A stretch of 63,630 bases of DNA, filler included, from Folioceros fuciformis (Eukaryota): NCBI GenBank assembly GCA_049999805.1. It is 6 parts of 6 records of this genome, joined end to end, with 100 filler letters (N's around TTAATTAATTAA, not from the genome) between each part and the next. Parts side by side here need not be neighbours in the genome. Positions count along the whole stretch, not along the records: positions 29,944 to 51,621 come from JBNGIO010001022.1; positions 51,722 to 63,630 come from JBNGIO010001024.1; 4 more parts are not named here. One strand, written 5' to 3'. Every line of letters begins with the position of its first letter. Positions within the stretch are counted from its first letter, which is position 1. Of the stretch, positions 47,501 to 60,568 are shown piece by piece. Under the pieces are notes generated by a model. That model was not told the origin of the DNA. It worked only from the letters and a program-made list of their open reading frames with translations, and searched no databases. A program made the position numbers and the translations under genes.

Positions 47501-50001
47501 CTCTCCTGCAGGAACTGTCAATTTGAAACATTTAGCTTGCCAGTGATCCAAAGTCACGGGCAGGAGCAGCATCGAGATCTGCCTTTTGAAAATCTATGCT
47601 GGTGGATCTGTGTCTCATGTGATAGCTCGTTTGCTAATTGGGAGGCATTGTGGCATCATGTCAGCCTGTTGCATGCCGATCAGCTGATGCATCGTGCCCA
47701 GGCCATTGGTGGTGCCTTGTGGAAGCCACGGCAGTGTGTGTTGGGCGTGCATCAGGCAATTGGTTGGAAGTGCGAAACACCCTGTATAGAGATGTCCACT
47801 GGCCTGTTCACAGAATATGGGGCTTCTGTGGATTCTTCTAATGCTAATGGTGGCTTGGAGGTGCTTGGCACTGTATCTGATACTCAAGTGCCTTCATCAC
47901 ATAACCTACCAACAGTGCATCGGGGAAGAAGTAGGGGTAGACCTAGGGGGAGGGTAAGGGGTGGGGATAGACCTAGAGGCCAGAGCAGGGGCACAGTTAG
48001 ATCATCAGACTTCGTGGATGGTGAACAGGAAGACATTATTGTAAAGAGAACGAAGTTAAATCCAAGTCCACAGGGCTGTGTGATGGCTAATGAAAAAGAT
48101 ATTGGACTTGTTAAAACAGATCAAAATCCGTTGGGTGCCATTGCAGACATGGCACCTGTACCACAACACAGGGTTGAGCAAGGTGCTGCAGAGGAGGAAA
48201 CAGCATTGCTAGATCGTCGTGAAGGTGTTGAAGTGTCAAGGGACTTCAAACCTTCGACGTGGGATATGGAAATGGATGGGCAGCGAGTTGTAAATGGGAC
48301 CAGTTTGGGTGGGGGTGTAGGACATTTTCTTTGGGAACAGGAGCTTAGATTATCAGGGATAATAGCTGATTTTCGCTTTCCATCAAGGAACGCTCATGAA
48401 CTCCAGCTATGTGAGGACTTGAGCCATGGGCTAGAGCCTTTGCAGGTGCCTTGTGTTGTTGACCGCGATGTGTTGGACATATTCTTTGATGGCCCCATTT
48501 CCCATGATGAGAAGCAGCGCAAGATATTAGAGCTTACTTCATGGAAGAACTTTGTCTATGTCAACAAACGATCTCTTGATCCATCGTTGGGCATTGATAC
48601 AAAGGTAGAGTATCCAGTAGTGACATGATGGTATTTCCACAAGGAAACGTATTATGTCCTTCAACTTGTGGATGAAGCTCCTGCTTAGAGCAGTTTTTTT
48701 GATACGCCAGTTGTTGGTGTGCAGAATTTTCAGGTGGGATGTTCTTGTCCAATGGAGAAATGTGTGCCTGAGCACTGTGACCATGTCAAAATCTTCGACA
48801 ATGACAATTGTGCTGCTTGTGACCTTCATGGACGTCCGATGCATGGCAGGTTCCCATACGATGCAGATGGTCGGATAATCCTCCAGGTAGCGGGAATGTG
48901 GTTTCACACAACTCAGCCTCTTTCCTGTCTGACTTGCATCTCAGCGAGTATTGTTCCTCACGATGACAGTCTGTATGGGATGCGAGCGCAGGAGGGTTTC
49001 TTGGTGTACGAATGTAATTCAAGCTGTCACTGCTTGGAAGATTGCCAAAACAGAATCTTGCAAAAAGGAGTTCAAGTGAAGCTTCAAGTTTACAAAACGA
49101 GACATAAGGTACTGTTTCTTAGTTTTGTGTCCAAGCACTTAGAACCTGGGCGTTTTTCCATGGCACGTTTGCAGCACACAGTCAGGGCTGTCTCATCTCG
49201 AGACTCTGCTGTAGGGCTGGGCTGTTAGGGCTGCTGAATCAATTCCTCTAGGAACTTTCGTGTGTGAGTACGTTGGGGAGGTGCTAAGTGACAAGGAGGC
49301 AAACAAGAGAGGAGAAAGGTATGCTGCTGCCTTTTCAGAATGTCCCATCGTCGGGCTGAGTGATTTATGCCCTCCAAGGGCAGCAGGGCATGGGATTTTT
49401 TGCCTATGGGCATGACTGTCGCTTCTGGGCGATCTTAGATGGATTGTACGATGAATCGACCAAGCTGGATTGCACTGGCATTCTGTGCAGGTACGACCAA
49501 TTGGGCTGCAGCTACTTGTATGATATTGACGTCCACCTTGATACTTCCGAGAGGGCGAGCAACAGAGTACGCCCTTATGTAATAGATGCAACGCACAACG
49601 GAAATGTTTCGCGCTTTATAAATCACAGGTAAAGCTTTTCCCTCGAGGTGTCTGTTCTGGTAATCGAAAATGAATTGCAGTCATTGACAGATTTCTTGGT
49701 GCAGTTGCTCTCCGAACCTTGTAAATTATCAGGTTCTTGTTGAGAGCATGGATTGCCAGCTTGCCCACATAGGCCTTTATGCCAGTCGCGATGTAAGTGA
49801 ACTGACTGGGCCCTAATCGTAAGCCTACATCATTGTGTGCTTGAAAATCACTCCAATGATCCCTGCTGAAAGCCATCTTTAATGCTTGTGCAGATCGCTG
49901 TCGGGGAAGAGCTAGCGTATGACTATAGATACAAACTGCTACCCGGAAAGGGGTGTCCATGTCAGTGTGGATCTGCCAACTGTCGCGGAAGGCTGTATTA
50001 G
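44572..50001 (+). CDS. SUVR5: SUVR5-like histone H3K9 methyltransferase (zinc fingers, pre-SET, SET, post-SET)
   Basis: [14 protein letters not shown], two CCCH-type motifs, C2H2 fingers, [56 protein letters not shown] and [13 protein letters not shown]. Confidence 0.95.
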
Positions 50002-50928
50002 GAGGAACGGAGTTGCACAATATCACCAATTTTTGACAGAACTGCTTGTCTCTTGTTGACTGGTCTGCCTGGAAGGGCAAGCGAAGGGTTCTGCATCTTC
50101 AAGGACTTCGGCATCGTTGTTGTGAAACCTGGTCCTGTTAGTTGTAAATGGTATTACGTGGTTAGGCGGTGGCGTTCTAGTAAGTGGACCCGTGCCTGCC
50201 ATGAAAGGTCGTCACGATCTGATGGAAGTCATGAGAGGAAAGGGAAAACGAGGATTCTGATGCTAGCATCGCCTACTTCTCTAATAGGGGCGTCAGTCAG
50301 TACTCTTCCTGTGGACGGACCTCTTTCCCCAAGATTATAAGTCACTTATCAACACTAATTATTATACCAGTTGAAGGGAGAGTTTCAGTGTTCATTGAAA
50401 GCCGTGTTTCCAAGGACTGTACGCAAGTCTTACAGGAGGGTATAAAGTGTTCTCTCTCAAACTGCTTCCCGCCTCTGTTGTCTTGGGGTAACGTGTTCGC
50501 CATCTGGCTGCCAGCTGTTCGATCGATGCGCTCCAGCAGATCCTACCATGACGACGAGGACTTGTTTCTGCGGCTTCGCGGCTCGACCAAACAACAGTCC
50601 TGAAGCTGAGACACAGGAAGTGACGGAATCACCGCAGTGAATCCTGGCTCGCATATTCAAAGCTTCCCAAGAATGTGAGAAGCGTTGTAAGCAAGTTGCC
50701 AGCGTGGGACATGGTATTCGTTGGACAGTTCACAGCTCTCACTTCATGTACATGTGCCACTACCGGTGGATCTGGACATCTGGAGAACGTCAAGCTGTCA
50801 ACGGTGGTGGCGCCTGCTGCGAACTTGCAATTGAACATGGCGGTGGCGCTCACCTGTGCTGAAGCTTCAAACCAGGTACACGCGTAATCTTGCGACGTTG
50901 GCATGCTATCCAGGATGCGTGGTCCACG

Positions 50929-50935
50929 TATATAA
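50929..50935 (+). promoter_or_regulatory. TATA box of the secreted-protein gene
   Basis: TATATAA ~130 nt upstream of ATG 51063, abutting an ACGT core. Confidence 0.5.
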
Positions 50936-51062
50936 GGTGATCCTGGCCTCCGTTCATCAGCATCCTTGCCTGTTGCACTGGGAACTGTGTTTTCGTGTAG
51001 GTTGCATTGAAGTTCAAGGGTGAACTTGGAAGCTGGAACCGATCGGTTGTCACCTATCTACC

Positions 51063-51621
51063 ATGGAATTCTCGGGCAAAGCTATGGCACGATTGGCGCT
51101 AGTAGTCGCTGTGAGTGCTGTTTGATACTGGTCTTTCAATGCCAAGGTTTTTACTGGAGCTTGATTCTTTTGGATGGTGGCTGAACTGTTGCTGCATTAT
51201 TCGTATACAATTATGTGTTGCAGATCCTGGTGATTGCTGCAACGGGCTCTCTAGGCGTGGAGGTGAGTAGTCTAGACTGTTCAGGTCGAAAGTGTTGTGA
51301 TTTTGGAGGCCATTGTAACGGGTTGATGCTCATTTTGAGAAATCGCGGGAGTGCCTGAAATTGAGCAGGGCTGGTCAAGTGGTCCCCGGAAGTTGCTGGC
51401 TACCAATGACGAGTGGTACAACCGTGATAAGCAGAGGGTGCGCGACGCCGCCTCTTCCAAGCCACAGGACGTGGAAGATGATGACGATGACAAAGACATG
51501 CTCGGCCACAGCTGGCATGCGACGTCAAGGTTTGTGACGCTGCAGACGGCAGAACATTTTAAGAAACACGGTGAGGAGAAAAAGAAGGGGGGAGACGAGC
51601 ACAAGAAGGGGGACGACGAGC
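51063..51621 (+). CDS. Secreted protein precursor of unknown family, 3' truncated by the contig end
   Basis: Exons 51063-51110, 51224-51262 and 51369 onward join in phase 0 to give MEFSGKAMARLALVVAILVIAATGSLGVE-GWSSGPRKLLA..., an acidic run, and starting KKG(G/D)DE repeats. Confidence 0.7.
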
Positions 51622-51721
51622 NNNNNNNNNNNNNNNNNNNNNNNNNNNNNNNNNNNNNNNNNNNNTTAATTAATTAANNNNNNNNNNNNNNNNNNNNNNN
51701 NNNNNNNNNNNNNNNNNNNNN
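51622..51721. other. Artificial contig spacer
   Basis: 44 N + TTAATTAATTAA + 44 N. Confidence 0.99.
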
Positions 51722-54504
51722 TGCCCGTGGCCGTGGCGTACCTGGGAGGCCCTGGAGACACGCATTTTCCGCCATCGCCGGTTCCGCCTGCCGACGCCAA
51801 GCCACCGCAGCTCCCCGCCGCGGACCTTGCTATTCCGCTGCACTCGCCCTCGCCGCTCTCCGACCTCCGCTTCCTCACGTCTTCGTCCGCACCTCACCAA
51901 CAGCAGCAGCAGCAGGCGCGGGGGTTTTTCTCTGAGAAGGCAGGTGACCACGGGCTTTTGTTGGCGCTTGCAACATCACAAACGCCACACATCGGCTTGA
52001 GAAAGCATCACGTTATGACTTGTCACTCTTACCCACTTTGCCTCCCTTCACGTTCCTTCTTCCCCACACACCTTCTTTCTCACACCTCTTTTCTTTTCCT
52101 TCCCGTCTGTGCTTGGCATCCAGGATTTCGTGTGTGGAGAAGCGCCTGTTTCGGTTATACCAAGCTTCATCGACTTTGTAAATAATTCATGCACACCATT
52201 TCACGCCACCGGTAACACCGATTGTTGTTTCTAGCCTTTTGCCAATGCTTTTGAGTCCTTTGAGACTCTGCTTACGATCGTGATCTCGTGGTGTCTGTCT
52301 TCTGCCAGCGGAGGCCAGGAGGCTTTTGCTAGGAGTAGGCTTTCAGCAGTTGAGTGAATGCGAAGAGTGGCAATTGCAACCAGGAGGGCGCTACTTCTTC
52401 ACTCGCAACATGTCGTCGATATATGCATTTGCAGTGGGCCGAAAGTCAGTGTTCTCCCGCTTCCTTTCCATACTCAGTGCCCTGCACTTGTAGTTAGTTG
52501 ATCCCATTTCTTTTGGTACGGCTTCTGTTTAGAGTGTAACGCAATGCGCCCTCTTTCCTACTGCTGCTGCAGATTTAAACCAGGGAGCGGATTCCATGTT
52601 TTGGCCGCGCACGTGGACAGTCCGTGCTTGAAAGTGAAACCTGTATCAGCATCGGCCAAAGGCAGGTTTTTGCATGTGCGGGTCCAGACGTATGGAACGG
52701 GCTTATGGCACACATGGTTTGATCGGGATTTGAGTATTGCTGGGCGGGTTCTCATTCGAAGAAAAGATGGTGAACTTGCTCACGAAATGGTTCGGGTCAG
52801 GCGTCCTATTCTGCGCATCCCCACACTCGCTGCCTACTCAGATAGGTTTGTTGTTCACTCCTCTCGATTTGTCATGAGATTAGCAGCCTGCCGTGCCCTT
52901 GCGTTCAGTCTTAGAATATGCTGGAATGACCTGAAATCGGCAGGGAGAGAGGGTCTCCTGGTGCTACAGCAAATGTAAGTAAAAGGAGTGATGTCTTGGA
53001 AGGTCTGGAGCACTGGACAAGATCGAACTGGATTCACAGCTCGCCCCTGTTCTAGCGATGCAAATAGAGTCCGAGCTCACTGTATCATGCGAGTCGGAGT
53101 CATCCATACAAGCTGATAATGACAGTGGTCCCAATTATACTACACATGAGGCTCACCATCCAGTTCTGCTCCAGGTGAGCTCTACTATGGCTTACTTCTG
53201 CGCACAGGCATCTTCCGGATGACTTGGTTTCGAACTCATGTGCATCTCGATGACAGGTCTTGGCAGACGAGCTGAAATGCGAGGTGAGCGAAATTGCAGA
53301 TTTTGAGCTGAGTGTATATGACACACAACCAAGTTGTGTTGGAGGTGCACGTGATGAATTTGTGTTTTCGGGCAGGCTTGATAACTTAGCCTCCTCCTTT
53401 TGTGCACTTTGGGCTCTGCTGGACACTTGTGCAGACCCTGTTTCATTAGTAGAGGAAAACTCAGTTCGCATGGTCGCCCTCTTTGACAGTGGGGAGGTAA
53501 TATGATGATCATTGTGCTTCACTCCTGGTCTGATACAGTTGTTTGAATGCTATCGCACTTGTGGTTGATCAGGTGCTGGAAAGGTTGCAACCTAATCTTT
53601 GGATTGCGCAATTTGGATTGTACTCAAATCATCCGCGTTTGTGCAGGTTGGGTCTGACGCTGTCCAAAGCCCAGGACCTCAAACAATGTTTCAGGCCATG
53701 AATCGCATAGCAAGATGGCTTGCACGCAGCTCAAGTGGGGAAGGAATTGTTGAACGGTCAATTAGGCGTTCATTTATTGGTGAGTATTATGATAAATAAT
53801 ATCCTGTTGTCAGCTAAGGCCCATGTATACAAGGGAAATGCAAGAGGAAGCGGTAACTGTGTTAACGTCCTTTATCTGCCTGTCCTCTTGATTAACAGTA
53901 TCTGCGGACATGGCACATGCCTGGCATCCAAGGTACACGACGAACAGTGAAGAGCATCATCATCCAAAACTGCACGAAGGGTTGGTGATCAAGCACGATG
54001 TCAATCAAAGTCATGCTACGGATGCCATCACTTCGTTTCTGTTCAAGGAGCTGGCCAAGCGCAGCTGCATCCCCACGCAGGTCTGGAAGACTGGCAATGC
54101 CTAATTCGTTAGCTGAAGGTGCCGAAGTTGTCCTCCAGAAGCCCAAAGCTGACGATGATATGGGGTTGCATGATTGGTGGTTACAGAGTTTTCCAGTCAT
54201 GAGTGATGTGGGCTGCTGCTCGACGGTGGATTCAATCTTGGCTTCAGGATATGGGATCCGGATTGTGGATTGCGGGCTGCCGCAGCTGTCCATGCACAGG
54301 TAAGAGATGTCGGGACACCCTTGTTGGGTACTGTGGATTTCAGCGTAGGCCACACACAATCAGAGCTGATAGCCTTGTGCTGTGGGCTGTGTCAGTGTGC
54401 GGGAAATGTGTGCATCTGAAGATATAGAGACGGCGGTTCGTCACTTCAAGGCCTTCTTCTCAGACTTCTCTGCGTTGAAGGATCAACTGCAAGTCGACAT
54501 TTAG
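51722..54504 (+). CDS. M18 aspartyl aminopeptidase paralogue A, catalytically degenerate; 5' end missing
   Basis: Open spliced frame: [61 protein letters not shown]...QVDI*. Intron positions match paralogue B. The frame of the first exon is ambiguous (GT donor at 51944 or GC donor at 51940). Confidence 0.9.
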
Positions 54505-54715
54505 GATTATGTTTAGCTCTCTTCGTTTGCGATCATGGCCGAACAGAGCCAGAGATGAAAAATTGCCCGGCGCAGGGCGAAAACGTTGTATGTTCCGTCC
54601 AACTCGGCCCTAATATTTGGAGGCAAATGCAGCATATGTCATATCTATTTCCTTCCACTTGTTACGGCTCTCGGATTGAGTCGCTGCGGCGCCGAGGTTC
54701 CCGAGCGAGCCCAGG

Positions 54716-56119
54716 ATGGGTCGGATTAAGCCACAGGCGTTGCTGCTGCAGAGCAAGCGCAAGAAGGGGCCCTCCCGGCGCAGCTTCGCTAGCCTAGTAG
54801 GATGCTGCGCAGCAATTGTGTTGCTGATGGGATCGGTCCTGCTTTTCTACAAGCAAGGTGTAATGAGGTCGGTGGGTTGTTCCCTCCCCCGTCTACCGAT
54901 TCCGACTCTCCCTGCCTCGGATGCATGGCATCAGATGAGCTAAGACCATTTGTGGTTGTACAGGAAACGAGATACATCCTCCGCCACGGATCCCTTACTG
55001 CGGGTAATGCATACCCGCCAGCTGAAGTGCTCGTGTCAGTGACGTTCCACGTTCATTTGCCTGCCCTGACTCTCTGGCATCCTGCTGGCCGCCAGCTCGG
55101 TTTTTCACAATCGGAACGTGACATGTTCAGGATTCAAGCGCTGACGCCAGTGGAGTGCTGCCTCGATATGCGGTACTGAGTTCCAGCCCTTTCTTCCTGC
55201 TCCTGCTCCGTTCACATGTGGGCCGCTCGACCTCGTGTTTACGTCTGGTGCTAATTGCCCAGCTGCCGTGTGATTCCCCTCAGATTTTCAACACTAGCAA
55301 AGGACTGATTACAGTCGAGCTCTTTGGCCAACAAGTTCCTCGGACTGTGGGAAATTTTGTGAAGCTTAGGTATGTCTCTGCGAGGGTGGATTCGTCGTTG
55401 TGGTTTCCATCTGCCGGCAGGGAGCTGCCTGGCCTCTAGCAGATGATGTGCCTGGTGGGTTTGCCATGTTCCCCTGCTTAACGTATGGACCGGGCCATCT
55501 TTTCAGTCAAGAAGGCTACTACAATGGGCTCACGTTTCATAGAGTAATCAAGGACTTCATGATACAAGGTGGAGATCCTCACGGAGATGGAACAGGTGGA
55601 CAGTCAAGCTACGGACACCCTTTTGGCGACGAGTTTCATAGCGAGTAAGTGGCTTCGCACTCCGTCCGTCTGAGTCTGAAGAGCTTCCCTGCCGGCATAG
55701 TCCTCTCGCACACACTTCTGGCAGCGGCAGCCGCCAGGGAGTGTCTTGAGGTATTCTGAACCCTACTGAAATGTATGTTGCAGTTTGAAACATGAAGCCT
55801 TCACCCTTTCCATGGCAAACGCTGGGCCTGATACGAATGGCTCCCAGTTCTTCATCACCACCACAAGACCGCAGCATCATCTGGACAACAAACACAGTGT
55901 TTTCGGTCGGGTTATCGGAGGTCAAGACGTGGTCCGGGTTCGTGTGTTGCTATGCGATTCGCACTTTTTCGCACTCGTGTTGTGTAGTTGCTGTACATAA
56001 ACCTCGAGGTGTGTCGTTCCCTTCAGGAGATCGAAAAGGTGAAGACAGACAAAAGCGAGCACCCTGTGGAGCCAGTATTTATTCATGATGTCAAGCCCGT
56101 TGACGAGCCTGGATTATGA
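54716..56119 (+). CDS. CYP21-4: Membrane-anchored cyclophilin (PPIase), CYP21-4 type, 7 exons
   Basis: N-terminus [21 protein letters not shown] plus a TM helix; [44 protein letters not shown] and [12 protein letters not shown]. Confidence 0.92.
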
Positions 56120-57013
56120 AGCCTCTTTCATCTCGAGTGTGCGACCTGATTCCTGCTCGGATGGACCCGTTGGCAAGTCTTCAGCTGCATGGACGTTTCA
56201 CTGAATTAGGGTAGGCAGGAGGGGACTTGGCTACGGATTATGTAGTTGATTAGACAACTAGGTTCCGCTCTTGACGCATCGAGCCACTGGCTACACATTT
56301 CGGGCAGGTGGCTGGACACTGTTCTGTACAAATCGTAACATTGAATTTTGCCGTCATGTCGTTTTAGCATACGCAGGTAAAGAATGACGCACTACCATTT
56401 AGCCCTCCACATACATGAATTTCACGATCCATTGCAGGTTGTGCCATTGGATCCTACTTCATCTACCTTCACCGTTAGCAACAAACAAAGCTACAACTAC
56501 AGCAGCCCTTGCTCTAAAAGTAAACTCTCACGTACACACAGCACAAATAGAGTATTTTGAACCAATCGTCGCCGTCTCTATAAGAGCATTCCCTAGTATT
56601 CCTAGCATCTTCCCTACTTACATATATGTCTTGACGGCATACCCGCGGGTGCAGAAACGCAATGGCAATCTTGGTACCGCGGAGATGAGACGACCATCTA
56701 CAAACTACTAAACTCCGAACCCACCCGGTCAACTGCAGGAGGACTAAGGATTTGCAAAACATAGGGCACGTCGAAGTTTTCATGCTTACGTGCAACATGC
56801 TAGCCACAATGATAACCTCCCACAAGCCCGCTTCTAAATCCACATTCCTACTTTGTCAGCCCATGGACAGCGTTAACACGATGTCCACGAGTCCCGAAGC
56901 ACCGCGTGAATCCGATGTGCCCAATGTGCCCAGAACTTGCGCCACAATAGGATAAGAAAACAAAGCAACTGCTATACTATCCCCCTAGAGTCAACCAACT
57001 GTGAATCCGTTCC

Positions 57014-58975
57014 TCACATGGTTTCTTGAGATCGTCTTACAATTCGACTCACTTTCCGCTTGAACTCCTCCTTTGTCTCTCTCCACTCCTTCTGAGGTCG
57101 ATGACAACAGCATGGGTGAGATTACATCGATGACCATTACCAAGATAACAGCCCTGAACGTTCAATCTCACTCCCAGCACTTGTAGGAAGTTACACGGAT
57201 AACTTTCACATTCTGCCCACTTACAGCAGCATCAATGTTCGCAGGCGATTCATCATTTGGGCTGGAAAGCATGGAAATGATACTGAGCAGTATAGTCTCT
57301 ACCTGCACAACCACCAGGTTGCTTTCACGGTCAAAATGCAGCAGCAAATAGTGGTAAGGGCATTCAAATATCACAAGTCCCCAGTGTAGCTGATTCCATA
57401 CCGTGTGGACTGGTGACCATCTTTCACTGGCAAGCTCATACCCGTTTGGGTCGTCTCCCGGGGCATGAAGGATAGAGATGCAAACTCGTCCGTCGGGGTA
57501 AACTGGAACACAGATTTAAAGAAACAAGAACAACAAAGTCAGCATGCGTAAAACAGTCTCATGCATTGGATGCAGCATCTCAAACAGGACCAGGATGATG
57601 CCCAAGGGCTGTCACCACAAGACTATTCCATCATGGACTAGTAGGTTCAAACTTCCATACACAGAAAATCTAAGGAGAGTCTCCGAGTTCCTCACAAAAC
57701 TACGACCTGGTACCTGAGCGTTCACAGCGCTCTGTTAGTTCACATGAAACAGTCAAATGCAAAACTAACCGACAATGCAGACCAGATGCACAAATGATGG
57801 GAGCAGACCATTAGCTGCTGTTACTATGGGAAGCGACATAGCTCCAAAGAGCGGGCAACTTACCATTAGGGTGCCACATATCTGAGGTGAATCTCACTGA
57901 CGGTGGACTGTTTGGGTAATTTGAAGGAAAACTCATGATCGCATTGAAATACCCGCCCTCACTGCAACAAGGGTACCAAAAAAATCCTGAGATGAGAATC
58001 TACAACCACCAAAGCACGGCGGAGTCAAAGAGACTTGCATTGGAGCAAGAAACCGCTTCCAATTCCTCTGACGGTTGCTACGTTACTAAAACTGCCTTAC
58101 TCTGGTCGATGATAGTTTGAGACATCTTTCACAACTTAGAACAACTATCTTGAAGAGGTTAACCCCCAAGCGTACGGTACAAGGAGAAGGACGTAGCCAC
58201 TTACTACAGTGTGTCTGGGGGCCCAATGATGGTAACATTCCACTCAAAAACATTTGAGTCGTCCACAAGCCCAGCCGAGAAACCATCCACCGGATTCCTC
58301 GAAAGATCTGCAACCATCCCAGGTAAACTCAACTAAGTAAGACTCCAGACTGAACACACCAACACTAGATCCACAGCAGTTTCCTGGAGCTCATCTCTCG
58401 GAGGATATAGGCTGAGTTGCAAAGCTAACAAAGCTTATGAATTCCTATGCACACAACACGCAGCCACATTGCATTTGCCTACATTCTAGAACCTTCCACC
58501 CCAGCAACCCTAGACAATAGGACTCAGAACACCCGGCTTGGTGTTGTGTCCCCAAGCAACAACAGATAATGCGGAACAACAAGTAAAGCCCTGCCAAACT
58601 GGTCAAGTGCCCGGGTAGAGCAAGCAGGGGTGTGACAAGAGCAGACCACCAGGAGATCACCTGAATAAAGCGCCAGTACTTAACCAATTACTAAAGAAGG
58701 GCAGCATGACCCCAAGAGAAAATGCTCCGCTACACAGGCGGGGCGATAGAGAGCACGGCCAGGATCATGTAAGCAGGCGTGTGCTGAGAGATGGAACAGG
58801 AGTTACAACTAAAACCATTCGTAGTGCGGACGATGCAGCGAATTGTGGGTTAGCCAACAAGAGACCAGCAGGCAGGCACAGGGGCAGGCAGCAGGCAGTG
58901 GATTAGAAGAAGCGAAAAGGATGTTTTACCTTTCAACTGTTTGCGCAAGAGAAGGCTGGCTTGGCTTTCCGACAT
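57014..58975 (-). CDS. UBC7: Ubiquitin-conjugating enzyme E2, UBC7/UBE2G class, 6 exons
   Basis: [61 protein letters not shown] and [12 protein letters not shown]. Confidence 0.95.
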
Positions 58976-59563
58976 ACTGCTTCCGCTTGGAGTGTGTGAA
59001 GGCTTGCCGACGCGACTCGGTTGGATGAGCACTTGTGCTGCGGGAGCACAGGCTGGCGGTGATCGAGCTGCGATGCAGACGCCCAAGAATTGCAAGCGCA
59101 GCGTACAAGGATCAGGGTAGGATCCAGGCACGCCACCGCCTCATGAAATCCTGGTAATACAACCAACGATAGATCATGAAGCGGCGAGGCAGGTTCGTAG
59201 ACGGCGATGTGCACACCAAGTGCCCAGAAGAGTGACGGGCAGGGGCAATGGAGATCCAAGCCCCCAGGGTTGCCTCTCTTCTATCTTCTATTACTTCCAT
59301 TCTCGATGTACATATGTGCGAGATGCACCGAGATACATCCACATGACTTACCTTAATTGCCATCATCAACTCCTGCTTGCTGCTGCCCTAAACTTTACAC
59401 CGGCATTTTCCATTGTGTCACCCGTTGGCTTTGGCGGTACCTGGCTACAGCTACTGCCTATGTATGTGCACACAAATTTTAAAAAACGTGAAACGGCGGT
59501 GGGAGACGTACTCGCGTACTCGTGTGGAATCGTCTGTCGTTGCTGTTGCCTCAGCTCGGCGCC

Positions 59564-60568
59564 ATGCCGCAGCGCCACTCGAAGAACAACAACGATCTCG
59601 CCTTCTTCACCTACGACGAGCGGAAGAAGCTAGGGTATGGCACGCAGCGGGAGCGGCTCGGCAGGGATTCGATCAAGCCCTTCGACGCCTGCTGCATTTG
59701 TTTGAAGCCCTTCGTCGAGCCGCTGTGCTGCCTCAAAGGACATGTCTTCTGCAAAGAGTGCATCTTTCAGTACCTGCTGGCTCAGAAGAAGGACATCAAA
59801 AGGTATTCTGTTCGGCATGCTGACGGCGTGAGAGTTGTGGATTGATGGTTGTGCGGATCTTGATCTGTTTGTGCTGCACGACGCTTCAGGAAGCTGGCTC
59901 TGTTCACAGCGCAGCAGAAGGAAGAGCAAGAGCGGGAGGAGGAGAGGAAGCAGGCGGAGCGGGAGCGGGAATTAGATGCTTTCGACCGTCAGAACAGCAG
60001 TGCGGTGCCACATCATGATAGGAGTAGTGTGTCTAACAAGATGAATGGCTTCCACGGAGCGAACAGTGTGAAGGTGACCTCGTACGAAGAGGAAGCGCTG
60101 AGAACCATGAAGGCCTTCTGGTTGCCCTCCGCCACACCGGAAGCGCCGGCGAAGGCTCAGGCTCCTCCCTCTGATACTGTCTGCCCCGAGGGTAAAGAGA
60201 AGATCAAGCTCAAGGAGTTGTTCCCACTTAGGTTTTCGATGCCTCCGGCCCGCGGGTCTCCGGAGCAGGATGATTCAGGCAGATTCTGGTGTCCGTCTTG
60301 TTCCCTCACCTTCACCAACACGTCCACGCTGGTGGCGCTTTCGACCTGCGGACATGTGTATTGCAAGAAGTGTACAGATCAATTTGTGGCCGTGGACAAG
60401 CGGTGCATGGTGTGCAACCAGGTTTGCAAAGCGAGGAACCTGGTGGAATTGGAGAAGGGTGGAACAGGGTTTGCAGGCCACGGAGATGACCTGGAGGCTA
60501 AGACCTTCAAGCACGTAGGCAGCGGAACTGGCATGGGGCTGGCACGGCCTACAACTCGGCTGCTCTGA
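59564..60568 (+). CDS. NOSIP: NOSIP/CSU1 RING-type E3 ligase, 2 exons
   Basis: MPQRHSKNNNDLAFFTYDERKKLGYGTQRERLGRDS, an N-terminal RING-like domain, AFWLPSATP, a C-terminal RING and GGTGFAGHG. Intron at ~59803-59889. Confidence 0.95.
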
